Shown: positions 45,922-56,615, numbered from the stretch's first letter. The stretch: 64,000 nucleotides of DNA from Escherichia coli (GCF_003334405.1 NZ_QOWM01000003.1), one strand, 5' to 3'. The notes: generated by a model from the sequence alone, not told the origin. Made by a program: numbers and translations.

Positions 45922-47142
45922 GTGGTTGCTGAAAACCAGCCTGGGCACATTGATCAAATAAAGCAGACCAACGCGGGCGCGGTTTATCGCCTGATTGATC
46001 AGCTTGGTCCAGTCTCGCGTATCGATCTTTCCCGTCTGGCGCAACTGGCTCCTGCCAGTATCACTAAAATTGTCCGTGAGATGCTCGAAGCACACCTGGT
46101 GCAAGAGCTGGAAATCAAAGAAGCGGGGAACCGTGGCCGTCCGGCGGTGGGGCTGGTGGTTGAAACTGAAGCCTGGCACTATCTTTCTCTGCGCATTAGT
46201 CGCGGGGAGATTTTCCTTGCTCTGCGCGATCTGAGCAGCAAACTGGTGGTGGAAGAGTCGCAGGAACTGGCGTTAAAAGATGACTTGCCATTGCTGGATC
46301 GTATTATTTCCCATATCGATCAGTTTTTTATCCGCCACCAGAAAAAACTTGAGCGTCTAACTTCGATTGCCATAACCTTGCCGGGAATTATTGATACGGA
46401 AAATGGTATTGTACATCGCATGCCGTTCTACGAGGATGTAAAAGAGATGCCGCTCGGCGAGGCGCTGGAGCAGCATACCGGCGTTCCGGTTTATATTCAG
46501 CATGATATCAGCGCATGGACGATGGCAGAGGCCTTGTTTGGTGCCTCACGCGGGGCGCGCGATGTGATTCAGGTGGTTATCGATCACAACGTGGGGGCGG
46601 GCGTCATTACCGATGGTCATCTGCTACACGCAGGCAGCAGTAGTCTCGTGGAAATAGGCCACACACAGGTCGACCCGTATGGGAAACGCTGTTATTGCGG
46701 GAATCACGGCTGCCTCGAAACCATCGCCAGCGTGGACAGTATTCTTGAGCTGGCACAGCTGCGTCTTAATCAATCCATGAGCTCGATGTTACATGGACAA
46801 CCGTTAACCGTGGACTCATTGTGTCAGGCGGCATTGCGCGGCGATCTACTGGCAAAAGACATCATTACCGGGGTGGGCGCGCATGTCGGGCGCATTCTTG
46901 CCATCATGGTGAATTTATTTAACCCACAAAAAATACTGATTGGCTCACCGTTAAGTAAAGCGGCAGATATCCTCTTCCCGGTCATCTCAGACAGCATCCG
47001 TCAGCAGGCCCTTCCTGCGTATAGTCAGCACATCAGCGTTGAGAGTACTCAGTTTTCTAACCAGGGCACGATGGCAGGCGCTGCACTGGTAAAAGACGCG
47101 ATGTATAACGGTTCTTTGTTGATTCGTCTGTTGCAGGGTTAA
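45922..47142 (+). CDS. mlc: ROK-family global regulator Mlc (DgsA)
   Basis: 406-aa ORF with GTG start (gtggttgctgaaaacc); MVAENQPGHIDQIKQTNAGAVYRLIDQLGPVSRIDLSRLAQLAP... recognised as Mlc; C-terminal ROK Zn motif (C-x-C-G-x2-G-C). Confidence 0.95.
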   Translation: MVAENQPGHIDQIKQTNAGAVYRLIDQLGPVSRIDLSRLAQLAPASITKIVREMLEAHLVQELEIKEAGNRGRPAVGLVVETEAWHYLSLRISRGEIFLALRDLSSKLVVEESQELALKDDLPLLDRIISHIDQFFIRHQKKLERLTSIAITLPGIIDTENGIVHRMPFYEDVKEMPLGEALEQHTGVPVYIQHDISAWTMAEALFGASRGARDVIQVVIDHNVGAGVITDGHLLHAGSSSLVEIGHTQVDPYGKRCYCGNHGCLETIASVDSILELAQLRLNQSMSSMLHGQPLTVDSLCQAALRGDLLAKDIITGVGAHVGRILAIMVNLFNPQKILIGSPLSKAADILFPVISDSIRQQALPAYSQHISVESTQFSNQGTMAGAALVKDAMYNGSLLIRLLQG

Positions 47143-47266
47143 CATTTTTTAACTGTTCTACCAAAATTTGCGCTATCTCAATTTGGGCCAGGAAAGCATA
47201 ACTTAGACTTTCAAGGTTAATTATTTTCCTGGTTTATATTTGTGAAGCATAACGGTGGAGTTAGTG

Positions 47267-47962
47267 ATGCTGAAGCGTTTCTTTATTACCGGTACAGACA
47301 CTTCTGTAGGGAAAACGGTGGTTTCCCGCGCATTGCTACAAGCGTTAGCCTCCCAGGGAAAAACGGTTGCGGGATATAAACCCGTAGCGAAGGGGAGCAA
47401 AGAGACACCCGAAGGGCTGCGTAATAAAGATGCCCTGGTGTTGCAGAGTGTTTCAACCATCGAACTGCCTTATGAAGCAGTTAATCCTATCGCGTTAAGC
47501 GAAGAAGAAAGTAGCGTGGCGCACAGTTGCCCAATCAATTACACCCTCATTTCAAACGGCCTGGCAAACCTGACCGAAAAAGTCGATCATGTCGTGGTAG
47601 AAGGGACTGGCGGCTGGCGCAGTCTGATGAATGATTTGCGTCCACTCTCTGAATGGGTAGTGCAGGAACAACTGCCGGTGTTGATGGTTGTCGGTATTCA
47701 GGAAGGTTGCATTAACCATGCACTGCTAACAGCTCAGGCGATCGCCAACGACGGGCTGCCGCTCATTGGCTGGGTGGCTAACCGAATCAACCCAGGACTG
47801 GCGCATTATGCGGAAATCATTGATGTGCTGGGTAAAAAACTTCCGGCACCGCTCATTGGTGAACTGCCTTATCTGCCGCGCGCCGAACAGCGTGAACTGG
47901 GGCAATACATCCGCTTAGCTATGCTGCGCAGTGTGCTGGCGGTAGATAGAGTCACGGTGTAA
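47267..47962 (+). CDS. ynfK: Dethiobiotin synthetase paralogue (BioD2/YnfK)
   Basis: ATG at 47267 (GGTGGAG Shine-Dalgarno); [20 protein letters not shown]... P-loop; 231 aa. Confidence 0.9.
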
Positions 47963-49171
47963 CGTCCGCGAAATTACCGACGCAATTACGCAGGCAATCA
48001 ATAAACCGGGGAGTAGCTGATACTCCCCGGTCATTTCACATATCATCAACGTCGACATAATCGGCGCGTGCGTGGTCGCCGCCAACAGTGTCGCCATCCC
48101 GGTCAATCCGAGTAAAAGTGTAATTTCTTCGCCATCAGGGAACCATAATCCCAGGCTACGACCATACAACATGCCAATGGCAAGACCGATAAATAGCGTC
48201 GGTGTAAAGACCCCACCGGGTGCGCCGGAACCGCTACTCGCCAGCACGGCACACAGTTTACAAAGGAAGATCCCGGCAATGATCATTAACAGTGGTGGGG
48301 CGGTTAAAAAGGATTGTACGGTGCTATAGCCGTTGCCCCACACTGCAGGTGTGAACAGGGAAAGCAGACCCACGATCAACCCGCCTAGTGCCAGTTGCCA
48401 GGGCGGCGCAAGTTTGAGACTCACAAATCCACGATGACAGGCGTTCATTAACGTTAACAACAGTGGTCCGCACAGACCTGCCAGCACACCTGTACTGATA
48501 ATCAGCGCATAGTCACGAGCCTGAACCGTCACTGAGAGTTGTACGTTGTAGAGTAACGCGTCGCTATGATTAATCAGATTGCTAACCAGCAATGCCACGA
48601 CGGCGGAAATAATCACCGGGCCGAGAGAGGCCAACATCATAGTGCCAAACAGCACTTCGGCTATAAATAAACTGCCAGCAAGCGGGGCACGATAGGCCGC
48701 AGCCATTCCCGCCGCGGCCCCACAGGCGATCCATAATTTCCACCCCTGGCGTGGCGTAAAACGTTGGGCAAAACAGGAGGCGGCAAGGGCAGCTAAAAGA
48801 ATCATCGCACCTTCGCGACCAATTGCACTGCCGCTGGTTACTACCAGCAGAGAGGCAAGCGATTTAACCAGGCTTGCTGCGTAATCGAACTGTCCATCGG
48901 TTTGCAACGCTTCCATATAATCGGTCGGCGCATGAGGGCGTTGTTGGGTAAATTTCTGCCAGCCCATCAGCAACAAACCCGCCGCCAGTCCGCCGAGCGC
49001 CGGAGTTAGCAACCGTCGCCAGGGGGAAAGGTTTGTCGCTGCATTGACCAGACTGCCGGAGTCATTATTGAGGAACAACCACTCCAGTAGCAGCATCGCA
49101 TGACGAAACCCGGCAACGGCAAAGGCCGCGAGAATACCGACGACTGTTGCGATAAGCAGACGGCGGAACAT
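47915..49171 (-). CDS. clcB: Voltage-gated ClC-type chloride channel ClcB (YnfJ)
   Basis: Trimmed to [33 protein letters not shown]... (418 aa; complement of cat at 49169-49171); ClC signatures GSGAPGG and GREG. Confidence 0.9.
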   Translation of the reverse strand: MFRRLLIATVVGILAAFAVAGFRHAMLLLEWLFLNNDSGSLVNAATNLSPWRRLLTPALGGLAAGLLLMGWQKFTQQRPHAPTDYMEALQTDGQFDYAASLVKSLASLLVVTSGSAIGREGAMILLAALAASCFAQRFTPRQGWKLWIACGAAAGMAAAYRAPLAGSLFIAEVLFGTMMLASLGPVIISAVVALLVSNLINHSDALLYNVQLSVTVQARDYALIISTGVLAGLCGPLLLTLMNACHRGFVSLKLAPPWQLALGGLIVGLLSLFTPAVWGNGYSTVQSFLTAPPLLMIIAGIFLCKLCAVLASSGSGAPGGVFTPTLFIGLAIGMLYGRSLGLWFPDGEEITLLLGLTGMATLLAATTHAPIMSTLMICEMTGEYQLLPGLLIACVIASVISRTLHRDSIYRQHTAQHS

Positions 49172-49365
49172 AGTGCGCAGATCCGGATAGATGTGTAGAT
49201 GATGCATGAGCAGAAATGGGCAATGAAACACGGGCGACTATTTTGCGGCAAAAGAGGCCAGCCGCAAAAGCAGTGCGTGCTTTAAGAGATAAAAAAACGT
49301 GACACTGTAACCTATTATTGCCGGATTGCGCGTAATCGTCACCATCCGGCAATATTACGGTGATC

Positions 49366-49980
49366 CTATCGAAACAGCGGTTTAACCGCGACAGGAATTA
49401 ACAGTTGTGATTGCCATTGCGCCAGCGTTAAGCGAGCCAGTTCACCCAGTGCACGGTAGAAAGGGTGTTCTGCTTTTTCGATAAAAACATCAAGAAAACG
49501 TGTTGACCACGGAAAAAGGTGCCATGCCAGCAATTCTTCGCATTCTGTCTGGCGACCATTCTCCGCCAACCACGCAGCCATCAACAGCAGTGAACCAAAA
49601 TGATCTTCCGGTTCGTTTTGCTTCATTTCAAACTGAATGCCTTTCTCGCGCATCCACTGACGAAGTGCCAATGTTGAATCGCCAAACAGCACAGATTCGC
49701 GATCCAGCCAGACCGACCCCCACGGCGGAGACGGCAGTGCCCACGGGCCGACAAACAAACGCTGCCAGGCCTGGGCGTGAGTCTCTTCACACTGTGTCTG
49801 AAAAGCCGTCACCAGCGGCGCTAATGACGCTTCTGGTAGAGGCCACTGAGTTTCCCAGCCGTCACTGGTGAGTACCGCAACCAGAGGTGCGGCTTCCGCA
49901 CTCTCTGGAGCGTAATAAAACAGCGCGCCCAACACGCGCGCCGCGACAGAAAAATTATCTTGCTGTGAAAAATGGGTCAT
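49366..49980 (-). CDS. dmsD: Tat proofreading chaperone DmsD (redox enzyme maturation protein)
   Basis: Trimmed to MTHFSQQDNFSVAARVLGALFYYAPESAEA... (204 aa); last gene of the ynfEFGH-dmsD cluster. Confidence 0.93.
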   Translation of the reverse strand: MTHFSQQDNFSVAARVLGALFYYAPESAEAAPLVAVLTSDGWETQWPLPEASLAPLVTAFQTQCEETHAQAWQRLFVGPWALPSPPWGSVWLDRESVLFGDSTLALRQWMREKGIQFEMKQNEPEDHFGSLLLMAAWLAENGRQTECEELLAWHLFPWSTRFLDVFIEKAEHPFYRALGELARLTLAQWQSQLLIPVAVKPLFR

Positions 49981-50022
49981 TCCTAACATCCTGAAATGTG
50001 CGGGTTGCCCCGCACCAATTTG

Positions 50023-50877
50023 TTAACCTGCAATAGCCATTCCTACTGTCATGTGCAGGCCATAAAAGAGCACACGCCCGATCATCTCACCGCCAAGTAT
50101 GAGGATTAGCCCCAGAATAAGTCCGGCAACGTGAGGTTCACGGCGACGAATGAGCGGGCAAAGCCAGCATCCAAGACCTGCGCATAACAATACCACACGC
50201 CAGACCTGTAAGGAGGCGTAATCTGGTACCAGTGCGCTGGCTTGTTGCACGGATGAGTGAATAGACGCCAGAGACAAACCTTGCAGCACAATCACCCCGG
50301 CACAAGCGATCAGCGCCAGAACGCTAATGATGGCAAATGGTGTGGTATTAAATGTAACGCGAGCTGCCCGCAGAATTGCGGCAGCAAGTATTGGACCGCT
50401 CAACAATACCGTCAGGAAGAAAGCCAGCGTAGTGTAACCGTTATGCCAGGTTGGCACGGTGTCGATTTGATACACGCAGGTCATCATCCAGACGAAAATG
50501 ACGCCGAGCGCCATGCTGAAAAGTAACCAGAGTTTCCCCAACGCTTGCGGCATTTTACCGATGACTGCCACCAGCCACCATAATCCGCCAACGGCAAAAA
50601 ATATGGAACCGGCAGCAATCTCGTTACTCAGACCAGAAGCTCCGATTCGATTCAGCGAGTTAAACGCCCGCAGTGGCGATCCCAGGTGCATGACAGAGGC
50701 AATAAACCCGACGCCCATCAACAGCCAGAGGAAAAACATGCCACGGACAATACGCTGACGGTCTGCGTCATTTTTGGCGGCGAACCAGCCAATTCCGCTA
50801 ACAATCAGCGCGCCTACTACGCATTGACCCAATACGGTAAAGATAACCAGTGGCCACTCATGCCATCCATTTCCCAT
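50023..50877 (-). CDS. ynfH: DmsC-like membrane anchor subunit YnfH
   Basis: Trimmed from the 364-aa track ORF to MGNGWHEWPLVIFTVLGQCVVGALIVSG... (284 aa; complement of cat at 50875-50877); the 80-aa upstream extension overlaps ynfG in another frame. Confidence 0.92.
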   Translation of the reverse strand: MGNGWHEWPLVIFTVLGQCVVGALIVSGIGWFAAKNDADRQRIVRGMFFLWLLMGVGFIASVMHLGSPLRAFNSLNRIGASGLSNEIAAGSIFFAVGGLWWLVAVIGKMPQALGKLWLLFSMALGVIFVWMMTCVYQIDTVPTWHNGYTTLAFFLTVLLSGPILAAAILRAARVTFNTTPFAIISVLALIACAGVIVLQGLSLASIHSSVQQASALVPDYASLQVWRVVLLCAGLGCWLCPLIRRREPHVAGLILGLILILGGEMIGRVLFYGLHMTVGMAIAG

Positions 50878-50878
50878 T

Positions 50879-51496
50879 TTACACTTCCTCCGGATTAGCC
50901 AGATAACCAGTGGTATCGCCGGTCGGGCGGCTGTTGGCGTTAGGTTTGATAACGATATTGGGTTTTGTGAAATGCGCGCGCGGCAGTGGCGCGACGGCAG
51001 CAAGAGTGCCGTGCTTCTGGCGCAGCTCTTCAATTGGACCGAACTCAAGTGCACGCAGCGGGCAGGATTCGACACATATGGGTTGTTTCCCCTCGGCGAC
51101 GCGCGAATAACAACCATCGCACTTCGTCATGTGCCCTTTTTCAGCATTGTACTGTGGCGCGCCGTACGGACAAGCCATGTGGCAGTAGCGGCAGCCGATA
51201 CAAACATCTTCATCAACCACCACAAAGCCATCTTCACGCTTATGCATTGCGCCGCTGGGGCAGACTTTTGTACATGCGGGGTCATCGCAATGGTTACAGG
51301 AGATGGAGAGATAATAAGCGAACACGTTCTGGTGCCAGACGCCATTATCTTCCTGCCAGTCGCCGCCAGCGTATTCATAAATACGGCGGAAACTGACTTC
51401 CGGGCCAAGATCTTTAAAATCTTTGCACGCCAGTTCGCAGGTTTTACAGCCAGTACAGCGGCTGGAATCGATAAAAAATCCATATTGTGTGGTCAT
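50879..51496 (-). CDS. ynfG: DmsB-like 4Fe-4S ferredoxin subunit YnfG
   Basis: 205-aa ORF with four Cys clusters (CTGCKTCELAC; CNHCDDPACTKVCP; CIGCRYCHMACP; CDGCYSRV...CVESCP). Confidence 0.95.
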   Translation of the reverse strand: MTTQYGFFIDSSRCTGCKTCELACKDFKDLGPEVSFRRIYEYAGGDWQEDNGVWHQNVFAYYLSISCNHCDDPACTKVCPSGAMHKREDGFVVVDEDVCIGCRYCHMACPYGAPQYNAEKGHMTKCDGCYSRVAEGKQPICVESCPLRALEFGPIEELRQKHGTLAAVAPLPRAHFTKPNIVIKPNANSRPTGDTTGYLANPEEV

Positions 51497-51506
51497 GGGC
51501 TACTCC

Positions 51507-53933
51507 TTAAACCTTTTCGATCTGGACAAGATTGCTGTGCGACGGGTTTCCCTTTGCCAGCGGTGAAGGGCGGTGAGAGGTCAGAATATTGATACTGCCG
51601 CCGTGATCGACCCGGTCACCAAACATATCCGCTTTAAGCCACGCACCTTGCCCGATGGCGGTAACGCCAGGCAGAATACGCGGAGTCACTTTTGCGGCAA
51701 TCAGCATTTCTCCATTATTGTTAAATACCCGCACGGTATCGCCATGACGGATACCGCGTGCCTGAGCATCAATGGGGTTGATCCACACCTCTTGTGGGCA
51801 GGCCTGCTGTAACACATCAATATTGCCGTAGCTGGAGTGGGTACGCGCTTTGTAATGGAAGCCCGTTAACTGCAGTGGATAGGTTTTCCGCAGGGGATCG
51901 TCCCAGCCATCAAAACCTGGGGTATACGCAGGAAGGGGATGAATAATTTCATCTTTTTTCAATTCCCAGGTATCTGCAATCTTCGCCAGTCGTTCAGAAT
52001 AAATTTCGATTTTCCCCGAAGGTGTTTTCAACGGGTTTGCCTGTGGATCTTCACGGAATGCGCGGAAAGCGACGTAGTGTTCTTCCGGGCATTTTTTCTT
52101 AAAGATCCCGGTCGTTTTCATCTCCTCGTAGTCGGGCATCTCAGGGTTACGTTCCTTCGTTTTCGCATGGAGATATTTGATCCATTCATGCTGACTGCGA
52201 CCTTCAGTAAAGGTTTGATAAACGTCTGGTCCTAAGCGTTTGGCGACTTCACTCAGCATCCAGTAGATGGGTTTGCGTTCAAATTTTGCTGAGGTTGCGG
52301 GTTGGGCGAGGATCACATAGCCCATATTCCCTGCAGATTCATGAGAGATAAGGTCTTCTTGCTCTGTTGGCATCAGGTCGGGCAACAGGATATCGCAATA
52401 CTTAGCCGAGGCCGTCATGAAGTGGTCAATGCCAACAATCATCTCGCACTTGCTGTCATCCTGAAGCACCTCATGGGTGTGATTGATGTCGCCATGTTGA
52501 TTGATCAATGTGTTACTGGCGTAGCACCATAAAAACTTGATGGGGACATCCAGTTTTTCTTTTCCACGAACACCATCACGGGTCGCGGTCATTTCCGTAC
52601 CATGGTCGATGGCATCTGTCCATGTAAAGACGGAAATCTGCGTTTTAACAGGATTCTCGAGCATCGGGAACCATTCTACCCCCAGATCCCAGCTACCTTC
52701 GCGTACGCCTGAGTTGCCGCCGTTTATGCCGACGTTGCCGGTGAGAACGGAAAGCATGGCAATAGCGCGGGATGTTTGCTCGCCGTTGGAATGTCGTTGT
52801 GGCCCCCAACCCTGACAAATATAAGCAGGTTTTGCTGAACCGATCTCTCGTGCCAACTGGATAATTTTTTCTGCCGGGATGCTGGTGATTTTTGCTGCCC
52901 ATTCCGGCGTTTTAGCTATGCCGTCAGGCCCTTCGCCCAGAATATAGGCTTTATAATGCGCGTTACGTGGTGCGTTGGCGGGCAGCGTTTTTTCATCGTA
53001 ACCAACACAATATTTGTCGAGAAATGGCTGATCGACCATGTTTTCAGTAATCAGTACCCAGGCAATCGCACAGGCCAGTGCGCCATCGGTGCCAGGGCGA
53101 ATGGGCAGCCATTCATCTTCACGCCCGGCAGCAGTGTCGTTATAACGTGGATCGATGACGATCATGCGTGCGTTTGAACGTTCGCGGGCTTGCTCGACGT
53201 AGTAAGTGACACCACCGCCGCTCATCCGCGTTTCTGCCGGGTTATTTCCGAACATAACGACCAGTTTCGTATTGGCGATATCATCCGGGCTGTTGCCATC
53301 ATTGGCACCGAACATATAACTCATTGCGGCACTGATCTGTGCGGTACTGTAGCTGCCATAGCGACTGAGAAAACCACCGCAAGAGTTCATCAGACGGTAC
53401 GGGACGTTTGAGTTGGTGATGTTTCCGCCATCTACGCCTGTTCCGTACAGGACATGTACAGCCTCATTGCCGTAATCTTTCAGGATCCGCCGAAGATTAT
53501 CACTGATGGTATCCAGGGCTTCGTCCCAACTTATCCGTTCAAATTTACCTTCACCGCGCTTGCCGACGCGCTTCATGGGATATTTCAACCTATCAGGATG
53601 ATTCATCCGTCGGCGGATAGAGCGCCCGCGTAAACACGCTCGAACCTGATGATTACCGTAGACGTCGTCACCTGTCGTATCAGACTCCACCCAGTACACG
53701 GTGTCATCTTTCACATGCAAACGTAACAGACAGCGGCTCCCGCAGTTAACGGTGCAGGAACTCCAGACCGCTTTCTCTTCTACCGGAGCCTCTGCCGCCC
53801 GGACCATTTGGGAAAATGGCAGAGTGAAAGCACTGCTTGCCAGCGCAAGACTGCCAAGTGCGGAGGTTTTCATCAGACTTCTACGGCTGATTTCAGCCTT
53901 CATGAGCGCCTCTGTGGTATGGATTTTCATCAT
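51507..53933 (-). CDS. ynfF: Tat-exported molybdopterin oxidoreductase catalytic subunit YnfF (DmsA paralogue)
   Basis: About 807-aa ORF with twin-arginine signal (SRRSLMKTSALGSLALA); true start may be the second Met (53930). Paralogous to ynfE upstream. Confidence 0.93.
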   Translation of the reverse strand: MMKIHTTEALMKAEISRRSLMKTSALGSLALASSAFTLPFSQMVRAAEAPVEEKAVWSSCTVNCGSRCLLRLHVKDDTVYWVESDTTGDDVYGNHQVRACLRGRSIRRRMNHPDRLKYPMKRVGKRGEGKFERISWDEALDTISDNLRRILKDYGNEAVHVLYGTGVDGGNITNSNVPYRLMNSCGGFLSRYGSYSTAQISAAMSYMFGANDGNSPDDIANTKLVVMFGNNPAETRMSGGGVTYYVEQARERSNARMIVIDPRYNDTAAGREDEWLPIRPGTDGALACAIAWVLITENMVDQPFLDKYCVGYDEKTLPANAPRNAHYKAYILGEGPDGIAKTPEWAAKITSIPAEKIIQLAREIGSAKPAYICQGWGPQRHSNGEQTSRAIAMLSVLTGNVGINGGNSGVREGSWDLGVEWFPMLENPVKTQISVFTWTDAIDHGTEMTATRDGVRGKEKLDVPIKFLWCYASNTLINQHGDINHTHEVLQDDSKCEMIVGIDHFMTASAKYCDILLPDLMPTEQEDLISHESAGNMGYVILAQPATSAKFERKPIYWMLSEVAKRLGPDVYQTFTEGRSQHEWIKYLHAKTKERNPEMPDYEEMKTTGIFKKKCPEEHYVAFRAFREDPQANPLKTPSGKIEIYSERLAKIADTWELKKDEIIHPLPAYTPGFDGWDDPLRKTYPLQLTGFHYKARTHSSYGNIDVLQQACPQEVWINPIDAQARGIRHGDTVRVFNNNGEMLIAAKVTPRILPGVTAIGQGAWLKADMFGDRVDHGGSINILTSHRPSPLAKGNPSHSNLVQIEKV

Positions 53934-53990
53934 TACTCACTTATTGCTTTTCAAACAAAATGTCATGCCAGAATTTATGGTTGTCGTGGG

Positions 53991-56417
53991 TTATATTTTT
54001 TCGATCTCGACCAGATTAGTGTGCTGCGGGTTTCCCTTCGCCAGTGGTGAAGGGCGCAGAGTGGTTAGCGTATTCACACAGCCGCCATGGTCGATTTTAT
54101 CGCCAGACATATTGGCCTCGTGCCAGGCTCCCTGGCCCATAGCGCTAACTCCAGGGAGAATACGTGGTGTTACTTTGGCTGGTAGCCGAACTTCGCCACG
54201 ATGGTTAAACACCCGCACCATATCGCCGTTGGCAATCCCACGTTTCTGCGCATCTATAGGGTTGATCCACACCTCCTGACGGCAGGCAGCCTTCAGGAGA
54301 TCAATATTGCCGTAGGTCGAGTGAGTACGGGATTTGTAATGGAAACCAAACAGTTGCAGTGGGAAGGTTCTACGTTCAGGGGAGTTCCAGCCTTCAAAGG
54401 TTGAGGCATAAACTGGCAATGGGCTTATCACTTCATCTTTTTCCAGTTCCCAGGTACGGGCAATTTCCGCCAGCCTGCTGGAATAAATTTCAATCTTACC
54501 GGAAGGCGTTTTAAGTGGATTTGCCTCGGGGTCGTCACGAAATGCTTTGTAGGCGACAAAATGGCCATTGGGATCTTTACGCTTATAGATACCCATTTTT
54601 TTCAGTTCGTCGTAAGACGGTAACGCCGGATCTTTGGCAAGCATTTTGGCGTACAGATGTTGTAACCATTGTTCCTGCGTGCGACCTTCTGTGAACTTTT
54701 GATAGACGTCAGGTCCAAGACGTTTCGCGACTTCACTCAGGATCCAGTAAATCGGTTTGCGTTCGAATTTTTCGCTGGTGACAGGCTGGAGGAAAATGAG
54801 ATATCCCATGTTACCGGCGTAGTCGTTAGGAATAATATCTTCCTGCTCAACGGTCATCAGGTCTGGCAGCAGAATGTCGGCATATTTTGCCGATGAGGTC
54901 ATAAAGTTTTCGATGACCACAATCATTTCGCATTTCGATTCGTCCTGCAGAATTTCATGCGTTTTGTTGATGTCAGAATGCTGATTAACGAGGGTATTTC
55001 CCGCGTAGTTCCAGATGAACTTAATGGGCACATCCAGTTTATCTTTGCCGCGGACGCCGTCGCGGATTGCCGTCATTTGCGGACCATGATCGATAGCATC
55101 TGTCCAGCTGAAGCAGGAGATTGACGTTTTGACCGGATTATCCAGCACCGGCAGGCGTTCTATGGTAATGGTATAGGTCGATTCACGCGCGCCACTATTT
55201 CCGCCGCTGATGCCGACATTGCCCGTCAAAATAGGTAACATAGCAATAGCGCGTGCAGTCAGTTCGCCGTTTGCCTGGCGTTGTGGCCCCCAGCCCTGGC
55301 AGATATAAGCGGGTTTTGCTGTGCCAATTTCACGCGCCAGTTTGATGATACGGTCCTCCGGGATACCGGTAATTTGCGAAGCCCACTGCGGCGTTTTCGC
55401 TGTTTTATCGTCACCTTCACCAAGAATATAGGCTTTATAGTGACCATTTTTGGGTGCATCTGCGGGTAAGGTTTTTTCGTCATAGCCGACGCAGTATTTA
55501 TCGAGAAAAGGTTGATCAACGAGATTTTCGTTAATCAATACCCAGGCAATACCCGCAACCAGCGCGGCATCGGTGCCCGGGCGAATAGGGAGCCATTCGT
55601 CTTCACGACCGGCAGCCGTATCGGTATATCGCGGATCGATAACAATCATTTTGGCGTTCGATTTCTCGCGCGCTTTTTCAAGAAGATAAGTGATGCCACC
55701 ACCGCTCATGCGGGTTTCTGCCGGGTTGTTACCAAACATCACGACCAGCTTGCTGTTTTCAATATCCGTGGTGCTGTTGCCATCATTACTGCCGTAGGTG
55801 TAGGGCATGGCACAGGAAATTTGCGCAGTGCTGTAGGAGCCATACTGGTTGAGTGAACCGCCGTAGCAGTTCATCAGGCGTTTGACCGCCGAGGCTGATG
55901 GCGAAGAGCGGGTCATATTGCCGCCAACGATCCCCGAAGAGTACTGAATATATACAGCCTCATTGCCATATTGTTCGACGGTTTTCTTCAGGCTACTGGC
56001 GATAGTATCCAGGGCTTCATCCCAGCTAATCCGTTCGAATTTGCCTTCGCCGCGTTTGCCCACGCGTTTCATTGGGTAATTCAAGCGATCGGGATGATTA
56101 ATACGCCGGCGGATGGAGCGACCGCGCAAACAGGCGCGTACCTGATGGTTGCCGTACTCATCGCTGCCGGTATTGTCAGTTTCCACCCAGGTCACTTCAT
56201 TATCTTTAACATGTAGACGAAGTGCACAGCGGCTACCACAGTTGACGGAACAGGCACCCCAGACCACTTTTTCGCGGGCCTGTTGTACCGCTGCTGCTGC
56301 ATTGCGCAGGGTAAACGGCAAAGAAAAACCGCCTGCAGCCAGCGCCAGAGAACCTATCGCGGTAGATTTAACGAGTGTTCTGCGGCTGATGCCCACCATT
56401 CGTTCATTTTTGGACAT
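53991..56417 (-). CDS. ynfE: Tat-exported molybdopterin oxidoreductase catalytic subunit YnfE (selenate reductase, DmsA paralogue)
   Basis: 808-aa ORF with twin-arginine signal (SRRTLVKSTAIGSLALA) and N-terminal Fe-S Cys motif (CSVNCGSRCALRLH). Confidence 0.95.
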   Translation of the reverse strand: MSKNERMVGISRRTLVKSTAIGSLALAAGGFSLPFTLRNAAAAVQQAREKVVWGACSVNCGSRCALRLHVKDNEVTWVETDNTGSDEYGNHQVRACLRGRSIRRRINHPDRLNYPMKRVGKRGEGKFERISWDEALDTIASSLKKTVEQYGNEAVYIQYSSGIVGGNMTRSSPSASAVKRLMNCYGGSLNQYGSYSTAQISCAMPYTYGSNDGNSTTDIENSKLVVMFGNNPAETRMSGGGITYLLEKAREKSNAKMIVIDPRYTDTAAGREDEWLPIRPGTDAALVAGIAWVLINENLVDQPFLDKYCVGYDEKTLPADAPKNGHYKAYILGEGDDKTAKTPQWASQITGIPEDRIIKLAREIGTAKPAYICQGWGPQRQANGELTARAIAMLPILTGNVGISGGNSGARESTYTITIERLPVLDNPVKTSISCFSWTDAIDHGPQMTAIRDGVRGKDKLDVPIKFIWNYAGNTLVNQHSDINKTHEILQDESKCEMIVVIENFMTSSAKYADILLPDLMTVEQEDIIPNDYAGNMGYLIFLQPVTSEKFERKPIYWILSEVAKRLGPDVYQKFTEGRTQEQWLQHLYAKMLAKDPALPSYDELKKMGIYKRKDPNGHFVAYKAFRDDPEANPLKTPSGKIEIYSSRLAEIARTWELEKDEVISPLPVYASTFEGWNSPERRTFPLQLFGFHYKSRTHSTYGNIDLLKAACRQEVWINPIDAQKRGIANGDMVRVFNHRGEVRLPAKVTPRILPGVSAMGQGAWHEANMSGDKIDHGGCVNTLTTLRPSPLAKGNPQHTNLVEIEKI

Positions 56418-56615
56418 AACTCACTCCCTGTTCTTTATCGTTATATAAAAGTTTATATATTGAATATTTAGCGCGCTAACAATAGAGGGAGTCTACCCAT
56501 TTTGGGTTAAGAATTATTAATCCATATCAATAGAAGGGTATGAGTAATAAGGTGGGATTATGTTGTATGTTCAAATCGCCGGATTTGTCATATCCGGCGT
56601 TCAGTCGATAATGTG

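Noticed and set aside
50023-51117. 364-aa extended ynfH ORF (possible ynfG-ynfH fusion)
   Set aside because: The 80-aa extension overlaps the 3' end of ynfG in a different frame; the known YnfH start MGNGWHEW... sits 2 nt downstream of the ynfG stop, the normal operon arrangement.
50972-51592. 206-aa and 136-aa + strand ORFs antisense to ynfG
   Set aside because: Shadow ORFs opposite a Cys-rich, GC-rich ferredoxin gene; no independent support.
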